DNA of 59,303 nt, the filler included. It is 6 parts of 6 records of this genome, joined end to end, with 100 filler letters (N's around TTAATTAATTAA, not from the genome) between each part and the next. Parts side by side here need not be neighbours in the genome. Positions count along the whole stretch, not along the records: positions 23,397 to 39,611 come from DRR723986_15046; 5 more parts are not named here. One strand, written 5' to 3'. Below, one piece after another: positions 29,426-38,796 of this stretch (within the stretch, counting starts at the first letter, position 1; every line of letters begins with the position of its first letter). The notes beneath the pieces were generated by a model. The model saw nothing but the letters and a program-made list of their open reading frames with translations, was not told where the DNA came from and ran no database searches. Position numbers and translations under genes: made by a program.

Positions 29426-31003
29426 CTAATACACGTCCCAGCGGCCATCGCGATAATAGGCGGGTAAAACTTGCGAATGTAAAGTGTTAACATCAACCGC
29501 ACTGCTGTCAGCTAAAACATTTTTGCCAAAGTGCAGCAGCGCCGGCATCGAATTTGCCTGCAGGAAATTTGTCGGCACGTCACCAAAATCGAGTTTTGTG
29601 GCTTTGTGGCGCAGGAGTGAGTCCGAGACTTCAGCATTCATGCCCAGAATCCAGCCCCACTCGCCCATCGTCGGGACGTGGTTGTGGTAGGCCAGCGTCG
29701 TTAAGCCGCTGCTTGCCATTGTTTTATGAATGCAGACAAATGCGCGCGCGGCAAAGAACGGACTGGATGCCTGCGTGACAACTATGCCGCCATAACTGAG
29801 ATGCTGTTTAACTATGCTGTAGAATTCGCGCGAATAGAGGCGCGCCATATCGACGCTGCGCGGATCTGGCAGATCGATGATGATAACATCGTAGAGTTCA
29901 GCACCTTCGGTCAAGAACGTAAACCCATCGGTATTAACAACTGTGACACGTGGGTCGGCCAGAGACTCCTGGTTGGCGGCCGTCAGAACCGGATGACTGC
30001 GTGCCAGGTCCGTCATTACCGGATCCAGGTCAACAAGTGTGGCTTGTTTGACATCTTTAAACTTGAGGACTTCGCGCATTGCCAGGCCGTCACCGCCACC
30101 GAGGATCAGGACTTTGTTACGCGCAGCTGCCAGAGACATAGCCGGAAGCACCAGCGGCTCGTGATAACGCTCTTCATCAAATGTAGAGAATTGCAATGCG
30201 CCGTTTAAGTACAGCCAATTGTCCTCACGCCACTCGGTCATGACAATCCGCTGGAACATCGTTTGCTCAGAATAGATGACCTTGTCGCGATATTTACTTT
30301 GCTCGCCAAAACGCACAATCGGTTCAGCGCTGAAGGCCAAAACGATCAGCAAAATTGCGACGCCAAGACCAATTGAGAACATCAGCTTAAAGTGTTTGAT
30401 GCGCCCACGGAAGCGGAACAAGAGCACAAAAGCGACCAGAAAGTTAACACCGGCCAGCGCGATCGGCGTGTAGGTCAGGCCCAGAAAAGGCAGCGCCACA
30501 AATGCGAATAAGAGACCGCCGAGCAGAGCACCGTAGTAGTCGTGCTCCATCACGGATGAGATATTAATTCGCAGTTCTTCGAAGATCGAGTTAAGGCGCG
30601 TGACAAGTGGAATCTCGACGCCGATTAACAAACCGATGCCGATGGCAAAACCGTAAATTATAACCGTGATCAGCTCAAAGCGCGCATAGAGTGCATAGGC
30701 GCAAAGCGGTCCAAGGGCGCACATGAGCGTCAGGCCAAACTCAACGGCAACAAATGTTTCGAGTTCATTTTTAACAATACGGCGAGAGATGCGACTGCCA
30801 AGGCCCATTGCAAAAAGCATGAGCGAAATTGTCAGCGTCCACTGCACAACCGAGTTGCCCAGCAGATAGCTGGCAAGTGTGGCCATCACGTATTCGGCAA
30901 CGATGCCCGCCAGGCCCGTCGCAAAGATTGCAGCCTTCAGATACAGAGCACCGCGTGCGGGCAGACCGCGCGAAGTCGAAGATGCCGGCGTAGTAGACGA
31001 CAC
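29426..31003 (-). CDS. Membrane-anchored polyamine aminopropyltransferase (spermidine-synthase-like, N-terminal multi-TM domain)
   Basis: About 7 TM helices, then LYLNGALQFS, YHEPLV, ILGGGDGL, LVDLDP, DVIIIDLPDP, LYSREFY. Confidence 0.9.
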   Translation of the reverse strand: MSSTTPASSTSRGLPARGALYLKAAIFATGLAGIVAEYVMATLASYLLGNSVVQWTLTISLMLFAMGLGSRISRRIVKNELETFVAVEFGLTLMCALGPLCAYALYARFELITVIIYGFAIGIGLLIGVEIPLVTRLNSIFEELRINISSVMEHDYYGALLGGLLFAFVALPFLGLTYTPIALAGVNFLVAFVLLFRFRGRIKHFKLMFSIGLGVAILLIVLAFSAEPIVRFGEQSKYRDKVIYSEQTMFQRIVMTEWREDNWLYLNGALQFSTFDEERYHEPLVLPAMSLAAARNKVLILGGGDGLAMREVLKFKDVKQATLVDLDPVMTDLARSHPVLTAANQESLADPRVTVVNTDGFTFLTEGAELYDVIIIDLPDPRSVDMARLYSREFYSIVKQHLSYGGIVVTQASSPFFAARAFVCIHKTMASSGLTTLAYHNHVPTMGEWGWILGMNAEVSDSLLRHKATKLDFGDVPTNFLQANSMPALLHFGKNVLADSSAVDVNTLHSQVLPAYYRDGRWDVY

Positions 31004-31004
31004 G

Positions 31005-31850
31005 TTAGAATACCCAGGCGATAATAAACGAGGCGATTATATAGGACGAAGCTTCGATAACACCGGCGCCAATATTGGGGACTTCCTGGTTAACAAGTTC
31101 TTCGGTAAGTCGGCGCCCCGGCAGCAAAACTCTGTCGGTAACATAACGCAGAATCGGGATCAGGATGTAGCCCAGGCCAACGTAAATCGCAAAGGATGTG
31201 ATGTTGGATTCCCAGGACTCGAAGTCACCTTCGGTGGCAACGCGCATGATATTGCCGAGTGCAAATATCACACCGGCAAATGCGACACCTACGGCGACAT
31301 TGTCCTTTTCGACTTCTGCATGTACATCAAACGGCAGGATCAGATTGTAAACGCGCACGCCGATGATCAGGCCGACCTGGCCAAGTGCCCAGAAAACAAT
31401 TGCGGTGTCAATGCCGCCGCCATCCCCTGAGAGCGCGCCGGCGAGTGTCATACCGACAGCCAGGTAGTTGGCGGCTTCAATTATACCGGTTCCGGCATTC
31501 TGGTCTTCAAAGATTTCTTTGCGGTTGTTGAAGGTGGAGAGAATTAACTTGTCGTTAATTATCACGGAGATGTTAAGCAGTATTATGGCCAGCAAGCCGT
31601 ACTGCATGATGGCTATCAGATCATCGACCCAGAAGAGCGCCGGTGCGTTCATGATTCCACCGATGGCAATGATCAGACCGACGTAGTAGCCGGCGACGGA
31701 GAGAGCGTACGCCAGATTGTCTTTATCGACTAATTCGGCTTTGCTATCGATGCCACGGTGAAACAATTGATGTGCCAGGCGGCCCAGAATCAAGAGAATG
31801 ATGACGGATCCGAGGTAAACAAATCCTGTCAGAAGCTGGTCGAGTGTCAT
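31005..31850 (-). CDS. Multi-repeat DUF350 (YjfL/UPF0719-like) membrane protein
   Basis: Four repeats of the E-x3-4-N-x-A/G motif (ELVDKDNLA, EIFEDQNAG, EVEKDNVA, EELVNQEVPNIG) separated by TM pairs. Confidence 0.85.
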   Translation of the reverse strand: MTLDQLLTGFVYLGSVIILLILGRLAHQLFHRGIDSKAELVDKDNLAYALSVAGYYVGLIIAIGGIMNAPALFWVDDLIAIMQYGLLAIILLNISVIINDKLILSTFNNRKEIFEDQNAGTGIIEAANYLAVGMTLAGALSGDGGGIDTAIVFWALGQVGLIIGVRVYNLILPFDVHAEVEKDNVAVGVAFAGVIFALGNIMRVATEGDFESWESNITSFAIYVGLGYILIPILRYVTDRVLLPGRRLTEELVNQEVPNIGAGVIEASSYIIASFIIAWVF

Positions 31851-32008
31851 GCCGGTTTTCCCGTTGGAGCGAGTTGGAATGGGAGACGTTTCAGTTAACA
31901 GAGTTACAAGAACTCTGCAGAGCTCAGTCTGGAATCACATCACAAATTTTGGTCTGTTTGGTCCGGCGTTTCTGAATGTTTAACACGCATTTCCACCGGC
32001 CTTGAGGC

Positions 32009-32806
32009 TTATTTGCCGCCACGTCCGCCGGAACTACGTCCGCGGAAGCGGTTCATGCCGCTGCGGCCGGTACGCTGGCGTGCAGCGCTTTGACGCGCTT
32101 TGGCTGTGCGACGCTCAAAGAATGACTTGTTACTGGCTTTGGTTTGTGAACCGTTCGTTCCGTAGCGGTTGTTTTTACCGTAGTATGAACGTCCGCTGCC
32201 TGCCGCACTGCGGTAGTTGTTGTAGTCATTGCGATAGATCGGTCCACCGCCCATCATACCAAACATAGAGCTCATGAAGGCGTACTGCCCGTAAAAGGCC
32301 CAGAAGCTGGAGCCACCGGCACCGGTCTGCCAGCTGCCGTAACGTGGATTACCAACATACTGGTATCCGGCCGGTTGCGCCGTGCCCACTGTTGCGGCGC
32401 TATCGCTGCGAGCAATCAGGGCCATGCCCAGATTACCTTTGTGCTGGTCGTAGACCTTCTCGGGAACGTTCATCCAATTCGTGATTTCGCTGTTAAACAC
32501 GAGGCTGTCACCGACCGGTTCACCCCAGACGAGTTTGTACTGGTGCATGTGGTCGATCGAGAAGTTACCGACTTCTTTCATGTCCTGGAGGATGACCTGA
32601 TATTCGGGATACTTGTCGAGCTCTTTCTTGTAGTCTTCGATCGGGTTCGAGGGCCCACAGGCTGTAAACCCGGCGACTAACAAAAGCAAAAACAAGGGGA
32701 CAAGGATTGGTTTGGCCCCGCTCATGAAAGAGCGCACGAATGTAAGCGGTCTGGCCTGCAAGCTGGTATGGGAGCGACTGTGTGCCGCTGTATCAGATTG
32801 TGTCAT
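32009..32806 (-). CDS. Lipoprotein with Tyr/Gly-rich region and Arg/Gly-rich tail ending GGK
   Basis: Lipobox LLVAGFTA-C, YVGNPRYGSW...SFWAFYGQYAF, tail RFRGRSSGGRGGK*; alternative start at 32725. Confidence 0.8.
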   Translation of the reverse strand: MTQSDTAAHSRSHTSLQARPLTFVRSFMSGAKPILVPLFLLLLVAGFTACGPSNPIEDYKKELDKYPEYQVILQDMKEVGNFSIDHMHQYKLVWGEPVGDSLVFNSEITNWMNVPEKVYDQHKGNLGMALIARSDSAATVGTAQPAGYQYVGNPRYGSWQTGAGGSSFWAFYGQYAFMSSMFGMMGGGPIYRNDYNNYRSAAGSGRSYYGKNNRYGTNGSQTKASNKSFFERRTAKARQSAARQRTGRSGMNRFRGRSSGGRGGK

Positions 32807-32813
32807 ACTTGAT

Positions 32814-33383
32814 TCAATGATTTGGAGTGTGGTCGCTGGGATAAATATTTGTGAACTCATCTTCGTTGATGTAGAAGCCCTGTGAAGCTTCAAAATCGGC
32901 CTCGTCCCAGCGCTCGATCGTCAGAATTTGTTTGCCGTCTTCGGTTTCAAAGGTCCAGTAAACGAACTCTTCACCGTCGCCGTCGCGGCCATTTTCAAAG
33001 AGATAACCCGCACCGGAGTCGTCCAAAAAATAGGTATTGCCGTCGTAGACAATTTGCTCGGGCGGCTCGTCGGTATCAATAATTTTGCGGCGGACGTTGC
33101 CTTCGATTTTACCGATTGAAATTGGTTGGCTGAGCGTCCAGACCATGCCGTCATCTTCACCGGCTTCCAGGAAAACGCTGTCGGATCCTTCGCGCAGTTC
33201 CCATTCGTCGGCGATGCTCTCGTCCACAAAATCGTACTGATTATAGGCCACCACCTGCCAGAGACGCAGCTGATATTCGACGTAGTACCCAACCTGGAGA
33301 TCGCTGAGCAGGAGTTCGCGTTTGGGCAAATCCGGCCGTTTATTTTTGTCTTTGTCGCTTTTGAAGAAATCAAAAAGTCCCAT
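32814..33383 (-). CDS. DUF4178-family protein
   Basis: MGLFDFFK amphipathic start, acidic beta-rich body (WQVVAYNQYDF, EWEL, PPEQIVYDG..Y.L, LTIERWDE..FEAS.G). Confidence 0.78.
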   Translation of the reverse strand: MGLFDFFKSDKDKNKRPDLPKRELLLSDLQVGYYVEYQLRLWQVVAYNQYDFVDESIADEWELREGSDSVFLEAGEDDGMVWTLSQPISIGKIEGNVRRKIIDTDEPPEQIVYDGNTYFLDDSGAGYLFENGRDGDGEEFVYWTFETEDGKQILTIERWDEADFEASQGFYINEDEFTNIYPSDHTPNH

Positions 33384-33458
33384 GAGCCAGGGGCCTGTAT
33401 TTGTGTTGTTTGAAGCTTGTTAAGGTGCGCCGGGATACGCAGGCGACACTCAAATGAT

Positions 33459-33986
33459 TCAGCGGACGCTAATGTTGCGGATGCGCCAGTGTTGTTCGGG
33501 CGTGTCACGTGTCATGTCGATGCTAAAGTTGTCGCGGTTGCGCAGGCAGGAGTCGCCGCGCTCAATCCAGAGGCGCGCATTTACGACGGCATTCAGCTTG
33601 TCAATCGTTGAGTCCAGATGGACAGTGTCGATCGTGACGGAGCAGAATTGCGAGGAGCGGATGTCGGCCTTAAAACGCACGAGGCTGTTATTGAAATGTC
33701 GCTGCTGATATTGTTTGTCGAGCAGCGGCCATGCGCCTTCCAGGTTTTGGGCGGAAATACGCGCCCAGTAGGTTTCGATCGATTCAAGCGGCGGCGCATC
33801 GGCTGCCGGCACTTCGACTCCTTCCACGACGGCGGCGGCGTTCAGATCCTGGCCGTCAGTATTATCTGCGGCCGGCTGTTCATCGGCGGCTCCACCACAG
33901 GCAGTAAACATTCCCGAAACTACGATTGTGAGCAATAGAGCGCTGAGGCGCAGCTTAGCAGAATTGACGTCTTTTGAGCTAAACAA
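33459..33986 (-). CDS. Hypothetical lipoprotein (possible NTF2-like fold)
   Basis: TTG start with GGAG RBS, lipobox SGMFTA-C, AWPLL and terminal WRI pattern. Confidence 0.65.
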   Translation of the reverse strand: MFSSKDVNSAKLRLSALLLTIVVSGMFTACGGAADEQPAADNTDGQDLNAAAVVEGVEVPAADAPPLESIETYWARISAQNLEGAWPLLDKQYQQRHFNNSLVRFKADIRSSQFCSVTIDTVHLDSTIDKLNAVVNARLWIERGDSCLRNRDNFSIDMTRDTPEQHWRIRNISVR

Positions 33987-34242
33987 CAGTTGTTCTCCAG
34001 GGGATATCAGACAGACATAGGGCGCGGAGACCCACTAAGGCAAGCGGCAATTTACGGCAAAGTCGGCGGAGTTGCACATCCGTGGCCAAATTGATGTGTT
34101 TTGGGCTGTGCGGCGCAGGCGGTTTCGGAGTATCTGCGGTGGAAACGAGAAGACTTTGAGGCTTGAGTCGCGAGAGTTTTGAGCTGTAAGACGACAGTCA
34201 GAGACTGTTAGTTGGCGAAGAAAGCAGACGAGGCGACAACTC

Positions 34243-34255
34243 TAAGTCATTGATT
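34243..34255 (-). promoter_or_regulatory. IHF-consensus site
   Basis: Reverse complement AATCAA-TGAC-TTA matches WATCAANNNNTTR. Confidence 0.45.
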
Positions 34256-35016
34256 GATAGAGACTTAAACACTTGAGACTTCCCTGGTCGCAGAGCCTGA
34301 TTGCGGTGGGGCTGCCGGGAGGCCGCCTGAGTCTCCCGAGTGTTTGATTCATTTTCTGAGATTTTGCAGGATGTGTGACTGCTTGCCGGGGTCTTGGAGT
34401 TTTGGTAGAAATTTTTGGCTGTGCCGTCGGGAGAATTGACTTTTTATTCCAGACTAATGGCCGGAAACTCGATCAGGGTGGCAGGAGTTTAAAAGACTTG
34501 GGACAGCGTGAACGACAGAGGCATTTTAGCATCAGGTGCTGATTACCGAACGATCAGTTAATACTGTCGTGCGAAGCAAGTCGAGTAGTCTGTGCAACTT
34601 TCCTGTTTTTGCACATGCACTATACAAACCTCAGTCACTTTCTGGTGCTGCCACTTTTTGATACCTTGCTGGAATCTCAGGTGACCTTTAAGGCGCACAC
34701 GAACATAACGCGCGCGCTGGAGTTTCGGGAGACGCTGGTGACAGAAGATCCGGGCGCATAAATTGTTTCTACTGTCGGCGGTGTTTTACGTGGCACGAAT
34801 CAACGACTTCACCGATTCTCTCTCTGGTGGACCTGGCTGATTCGCATACCGCAGAGCTGACAGATGTGGAGCTCCAACAGTCATTTTCCAGGTCTATCAA
34901 TGAGATTAGAGCTGAAATCAATAAGATCCGCTAAAGGGTACATATTGCGAAGCAAAACCACCCCAAAGCACTTCCCCTTCAACCACCCTCTCTTATTACC
35001 GAACGATCGGTCATTT

Positions 35017-35796
35017 TCAAGGCGGCGGTGTCAATTGCGCCTCAATCCGACTCAAAATCCCAGGACTCTCAGCATCCGGGAAATGCCGCTCGGCGACGTG
35101 TGCGCAGCCCATGCGGTCTATCAAGAGCACCGTTGAAGCGCGCGTGCCGTACTTGCCGCCGGAGATATGCATCGCCGAGAGACGCCGCTCCAAATCCAGC
35201 CCCACACCCGTATCCGGCAGCTCGGCATCCGCTGCGACACTTGTGTCCGTCAGAACTTCATGCAATGATTCGCTCAGTGCATGTTTGTCCTTGAGTTCAA
35301 AATTCTCACTGATTTTAGACTTGAGGCGCTCGACTTTCGGCCAGGGAGTGTCCAGCAACGCATTGCTCAGACCAAAAGTCCCTGAGTCCAGGAGCTGCGG
35401 TTCCGCAGCGCGATTCCCGTAATAGGCCATCCCAAATGGATCACAAACCAGCAGATTAAAGCCGTTGTACTGCTCACCGCGCGACTGCAAGTCCTGCAGA
35501 TATTCCATCGGTGAGATCGTTGCACGCAGGAAGTCAGTCACCAGGTGCCCGCGTGTCGGCGCATTCTCAATTTCGCGGCCGGGCTCGCGGTAGTTCGTGA
35601 TCGCAGCAAAACGACCATGCATCGTCAGCCCCATCCACGTGCCGCCCGCCTGCACGTCACGCCCGCCAATAATGCCCGAACCGTCACCCCACACATGCAG
35701 AGACTGGCTCGGACGTTCGCGGAACTCATCGCGATTCGCAGCCACGATTAGCGGGAACTCGGGGTGAGATCGCCATGACACTCCAATTAAACACAT
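35017..35796 (-). CDS. NRDE/TANGO2 family protein
   Basis: MCL start, AANRDEF, GGTWMG, TRGHLV.DFL, YNGFNLL, LDTPWPK, YGTRASTV. Confidence 0.93.
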   Translation of the reverse strand: MCLIGVSWRSHPEFPLIVAANRDEFRERPSQSLHVWGDGSGIIGGRDVQAGGTWMGLTMHGRFAAITNYREPGREIENAPTRGHLVTDFLRATISPMEYLQDLQSRGEQYNGFNLLVCDPFGMAYYGNRAAEPQLLDSGTFGLSNALLDTPWPKVERLKSKISENFELKDKHALSESLHEVLTDTSVAADAELPDTGVGLDLERRLSAMHISGGKYGTRASTVLLIDRMGCAHVAERHFPDAESPGILSRIEAQLTPPP

Positions 35797-35980
35797 ATTT
35801 TAGCCCTCAAGTATTCTTGCTATTTTGGAATCGTTGGCCGGAGTTTCGGCCGTTCTGCCGACCGGAAGTCCGCCCGCCCGCAATCATCGTCTCGATCAAA
35901 AGGCCAGTGACAAAAGCGACTTGCGACTGCCGCAAATATCCCGAATTGAGTTGTATCTCGCAATCTCAGGAAATCCAGCT

Positions 35981-37264
35981 ATGCGATCTGTTCTACGACT
36001 ATTCTGTCTTGCGTGCATTGTGGCAACAGCCTGGCCACTACACTCCAATGCTCAGCTGGAAATAGCTTGGGAAGTAGTTGAACCACCAAGTGGTCCTCCC
36101 AGTGGCATGCGCTTCTTTGGGGTCAGCGGCGGCCGGCTGTACTACCAGACGTTTAACGGCGGCCTGGTCGAATCCCCGGCAAGCTCTACCGACGGCGGAT
36201 GGAGTGCAGTAATTAGCCCCGCCGCCCTGGACCAAACCATCGTAAGTAACTTCATGACCATTCATGGCGGTGTGCAGATTGTAATGACCACGCAGGGCAA
36301 CTGGCGCAGACAAAATCAGGCCGGCACCTTTGCGCGGTATGGTGGTCCCATCAATGGAGATCAGCTCAACAATGACTTCCGCGACATAACGATTGCGGCC
36401 AGCGGCACATGGTACGCCGCCACGGCCATTGGTGTAGTTGGATCCAGTGACCAGGGCCGCAGTTGGGTGCGCATATTTGAACTCGAATTTGTAACGCGTG
36501 TGCGCGCTTTACCCGATGGCAGTCTCCTTGCAGCGGTCTCAAGAGCCGGCAATCAATGGGGGCCGACTCAGGCGGCCGGAATATGGCACTCATCACCGAA
36601 CCGTAAAGATTGGGTCGGCGACCTCTTTCCGAATGACAACGTCTTTACAATCCACGATATGGAAGTCAGCAGCGAGGGCCGTTGGTACATCACAGCCATC
36701 GGCGGCGGAAATTCAATTAGTTACTCAGATGATGAAGGCGCTACATGGGAGCGCACAGGCTTTGGTGATGCCTCGCAGGAACTCATTCTGCTGGACGACG
36801 GCAACATTCTGGCGGCCGGTACCAGCTCCGGCGTGGCCTATTCCACCGACGGCGGTCAAACCTGGCCACGCTACAACGATGGCCTGTTAAACAACGGCAT
36901 CCTGTTTATGGGCGTAAATATCGACGGGCATGCGTTTTGTGCCGATAGAGACGGGACTATGTACCGCAGCACCTACAACTTCATCAACCCCAGTACCGCT
37001 GTTGCCGAAGACAAGGCGATTGAGAATTCGATCAACTGGCTCAGCGACGAGCAAATTTTGACTGTTAACACCAACGACGAGTCTTTGATCTCGCAGAATC
37101 TGCTGCTCGAGATTTTTGACATTCGCGGCCTGCGCCTGCAGCAACACAGACTGAGGGCGGGCATGGGCCTCAGAGACTTCTATCTCGGCGGCTTGCCTTC
37201 AGGTGCACTGGTTGTGCGAGTTACAGGCCAAAACAGCGCACATTCTCTGCTGCTTATCAACTAG
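35981..37264 (+). CDS. Secreted BNR/Asp-box beta-propeller protein with T9SS-like C-terminal domain (paralog 1)
   Basis: Signal peptide (MRSVLRLF...SNA-Q); SSDQGRSW, SDDEGATW and STDGGQTW Asp boxes; C-terminal EIFDIRG...LPSGALVVRV. Confidence 0.8.
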   Translation: MRSVLRLFCLACIVATAWPLHSNAQLEIAWEVVEPPSGPPSGMRFFGVSGGRLYYQTFNGGLVESPASSTDGGWSAVISPAALDQTIVSNFMTIHGGVQIVMTTQGNWRRQNQAGTFARYGGPINGDQLNNDFRDITIAASGTWYAATAIGVVGSSDQGRSWVRIFELEFVTRVRALPDGSLLAAVSRAGNQWGPTQAAGIWHSSPNRKDWVGDLFPNDNVFTIHDMEVSSEGRWYITAIGGGNSISYSDDEGATWERTGFGDASQELILLDDGNILAAGTSSGVAYSTDGGQTWPRYNDGLLNNGILFMGVNIDGHAFCADRDGTMYRSTYNFINPSTAVAEDKAIENSINWLSDEQILTVNTNDESLISQNLLLEIFDIRGLRLQQHRLRAGMGLRDFYLGGLPSGALVVRVTGQNSAHSLLLIN

Positions 37265-37403
37265 AACTCTCCGGGTTTTTCCTTGCCCCAGGTGTAACGA
37301 ATTAAGACTCTTGCAGTTCTTGCCGCTGCTGCGGCAAAACGAGTTTCAGATTTACAGAGTTAATGCCGCAGCATAACTACCGTAGACAATTCCCGAGTGC
37401 AAA

Positions 37404-38690
37404 ATGTTTTCAGCTCTACAACTTATAAGCTTCAGCTGCATTGTCGCTTTCACGCTTAATCTACCGCAGACTGCGCATGCGCAGGAATCACTAAGCTGGC
37501 AAGTCATTGAAACACCAGCCTCCCTGTCCAATGGTATTCGCTTTTTTGGTGTAAGTGGCTCCACCCTCTTCCTGCAGACAACATTTGAAGGGATACTCTC
37601 TGCAAATGATGGCAGCAATGTTCAGTGGGAGCCGGATATCTCTGCCGGTTTGCTGGGCAATTCGATTATGCACAACGTTGCTGAACTTACCGCGGCCGGG
37701 CCGCCTTTTCTGTTAACAAGCAATGGAATTTGGCGTGCGGATCAAGCCGGAAACTATGCCCGCCATGGCGCTGCGATCAGCCCAGAACCATTTTTTAACG
37801 GCTTTAGAGACATCATCGTTCTACTCAACGGCGACTGGTATGCGGCGACTGCGATTGGTGTGTTTTATTCAGATAATCAAGGCCAAGCCTGGAGTCTCGA
37901 ACTCGACATCCGCGAAGCGCAGCGCGTCCGCATGTTAAGCGACGGGAGCTTATTGGTTGCCGCCGGACGGATTGCCTTTGGCGAAGATGTCACGCAGGCT
38001 GCCGGCCTGTGGCGTTCCTCGGTTGAGATGCTAACATGGCAGTCAGGCCTGTATGCCGATGAGACGTCATTTACGCTGCGCGATCTTGAAGTTACAGCCG
38101 ATGGCACCTGGCTTGTGGCGGCTCAGTCCCCCAGTTCAACAATCACAATATCGCAAGATGGCGGTACCAGCTGGACGGCCAGCAGTTTTAGCGATATATC
38201 CCCAGAAATAATCGTGCTTGACAACGGCGACATACTGGCGGCTGCGGCCAACTCCGGCGTTGCACTTTCAACGGACGGCGGTGGGTCCTGGCCGCGTTTT
38301 AATCAGGGACTGCTGGACAACCGCATATTATACCTGGCTGTGAGTACAGACGGACACGCATATTGTGCCGATGTTTTTGGCAATGTTTACCGCAGCAATC
38401 GCACATTTAACGACCTTGGCACTTCGGTTGCGGAACAACACATATCAGGAAGTTCGCTTCTGTGGCTGAGCGAATCAGAGACTCTGACTGTTAACACGAG
38501 CGACGCGACTTTTGGCATGGCTGATATACTTCTGGAGATTTACGACCTGCGCGGCGCGCGGCTGATGCAACAGAGTATTGCTTCCGGCATGGGCCTCAGA
38601 GGCTTGAGTCTTGGCGGTTTGCCGTCTGGCCCGCTTGTGGTGCGGGTCTCGGGGCAAGGTTTCGCGCATGCGCTTGTAGTTGTTAACTAA
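37404..38690 (+). CDS. Secreted BNR/Asp-box beta-propeller protein with T9SS-like C-terminal domain (paralog 2)
   Basis: Signal peptide (AHA-Q); SDNQGQAW, SQDGGTSW and STDGGGSW Asp boxes; colinear with paralog 1. Confidence 0.8.
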   Translation: MFSALQLISFSCIVAFTLNLPQTAHAQESLSWQVIETPASLSNGIRFFGVSGSTLFLQTTFEGILSANDGSNVQWEPDISAGLLGNSIMHNVAELTAAGPPFLLTSNGIWRADQAGNYARHGAAISPEPFFNGFRDIIVLLNGDWYAATAIGVFYSDNQGQAWSLELDIREAQRVRMLSDGSLLVAAGRIAFGEDVTQAAGLWRSSVEMLTWQSGLYADETSFTLRDLEVTADGTWLVAAQSPSSTITISQDGGTSWTASSFSDISPEIIVLDNGDILAAAANSGVALSTDGGGSWPRFNQGLLDNRILYLAVSTDGHAYCADVFGNVYRSNRTFNDLGTSVAEQHISGSSLLWLSESETLTVNTSDATFGMADILLEIYDLRGARLMQQSIASGMGLRGLSLGGLPSGPLVVRVSGQGFAHALVVVN

Positions 38691-38796
38691 GATTTCATAT
38701 AGCGCTTCGGCAAAACTTCCCTACAAAACCATCTTGTTAGTCACGCAGCCAGAAACCGCAAGTCTCTGAACTGGAAGCCTCTTTGCCTCAAACAAA

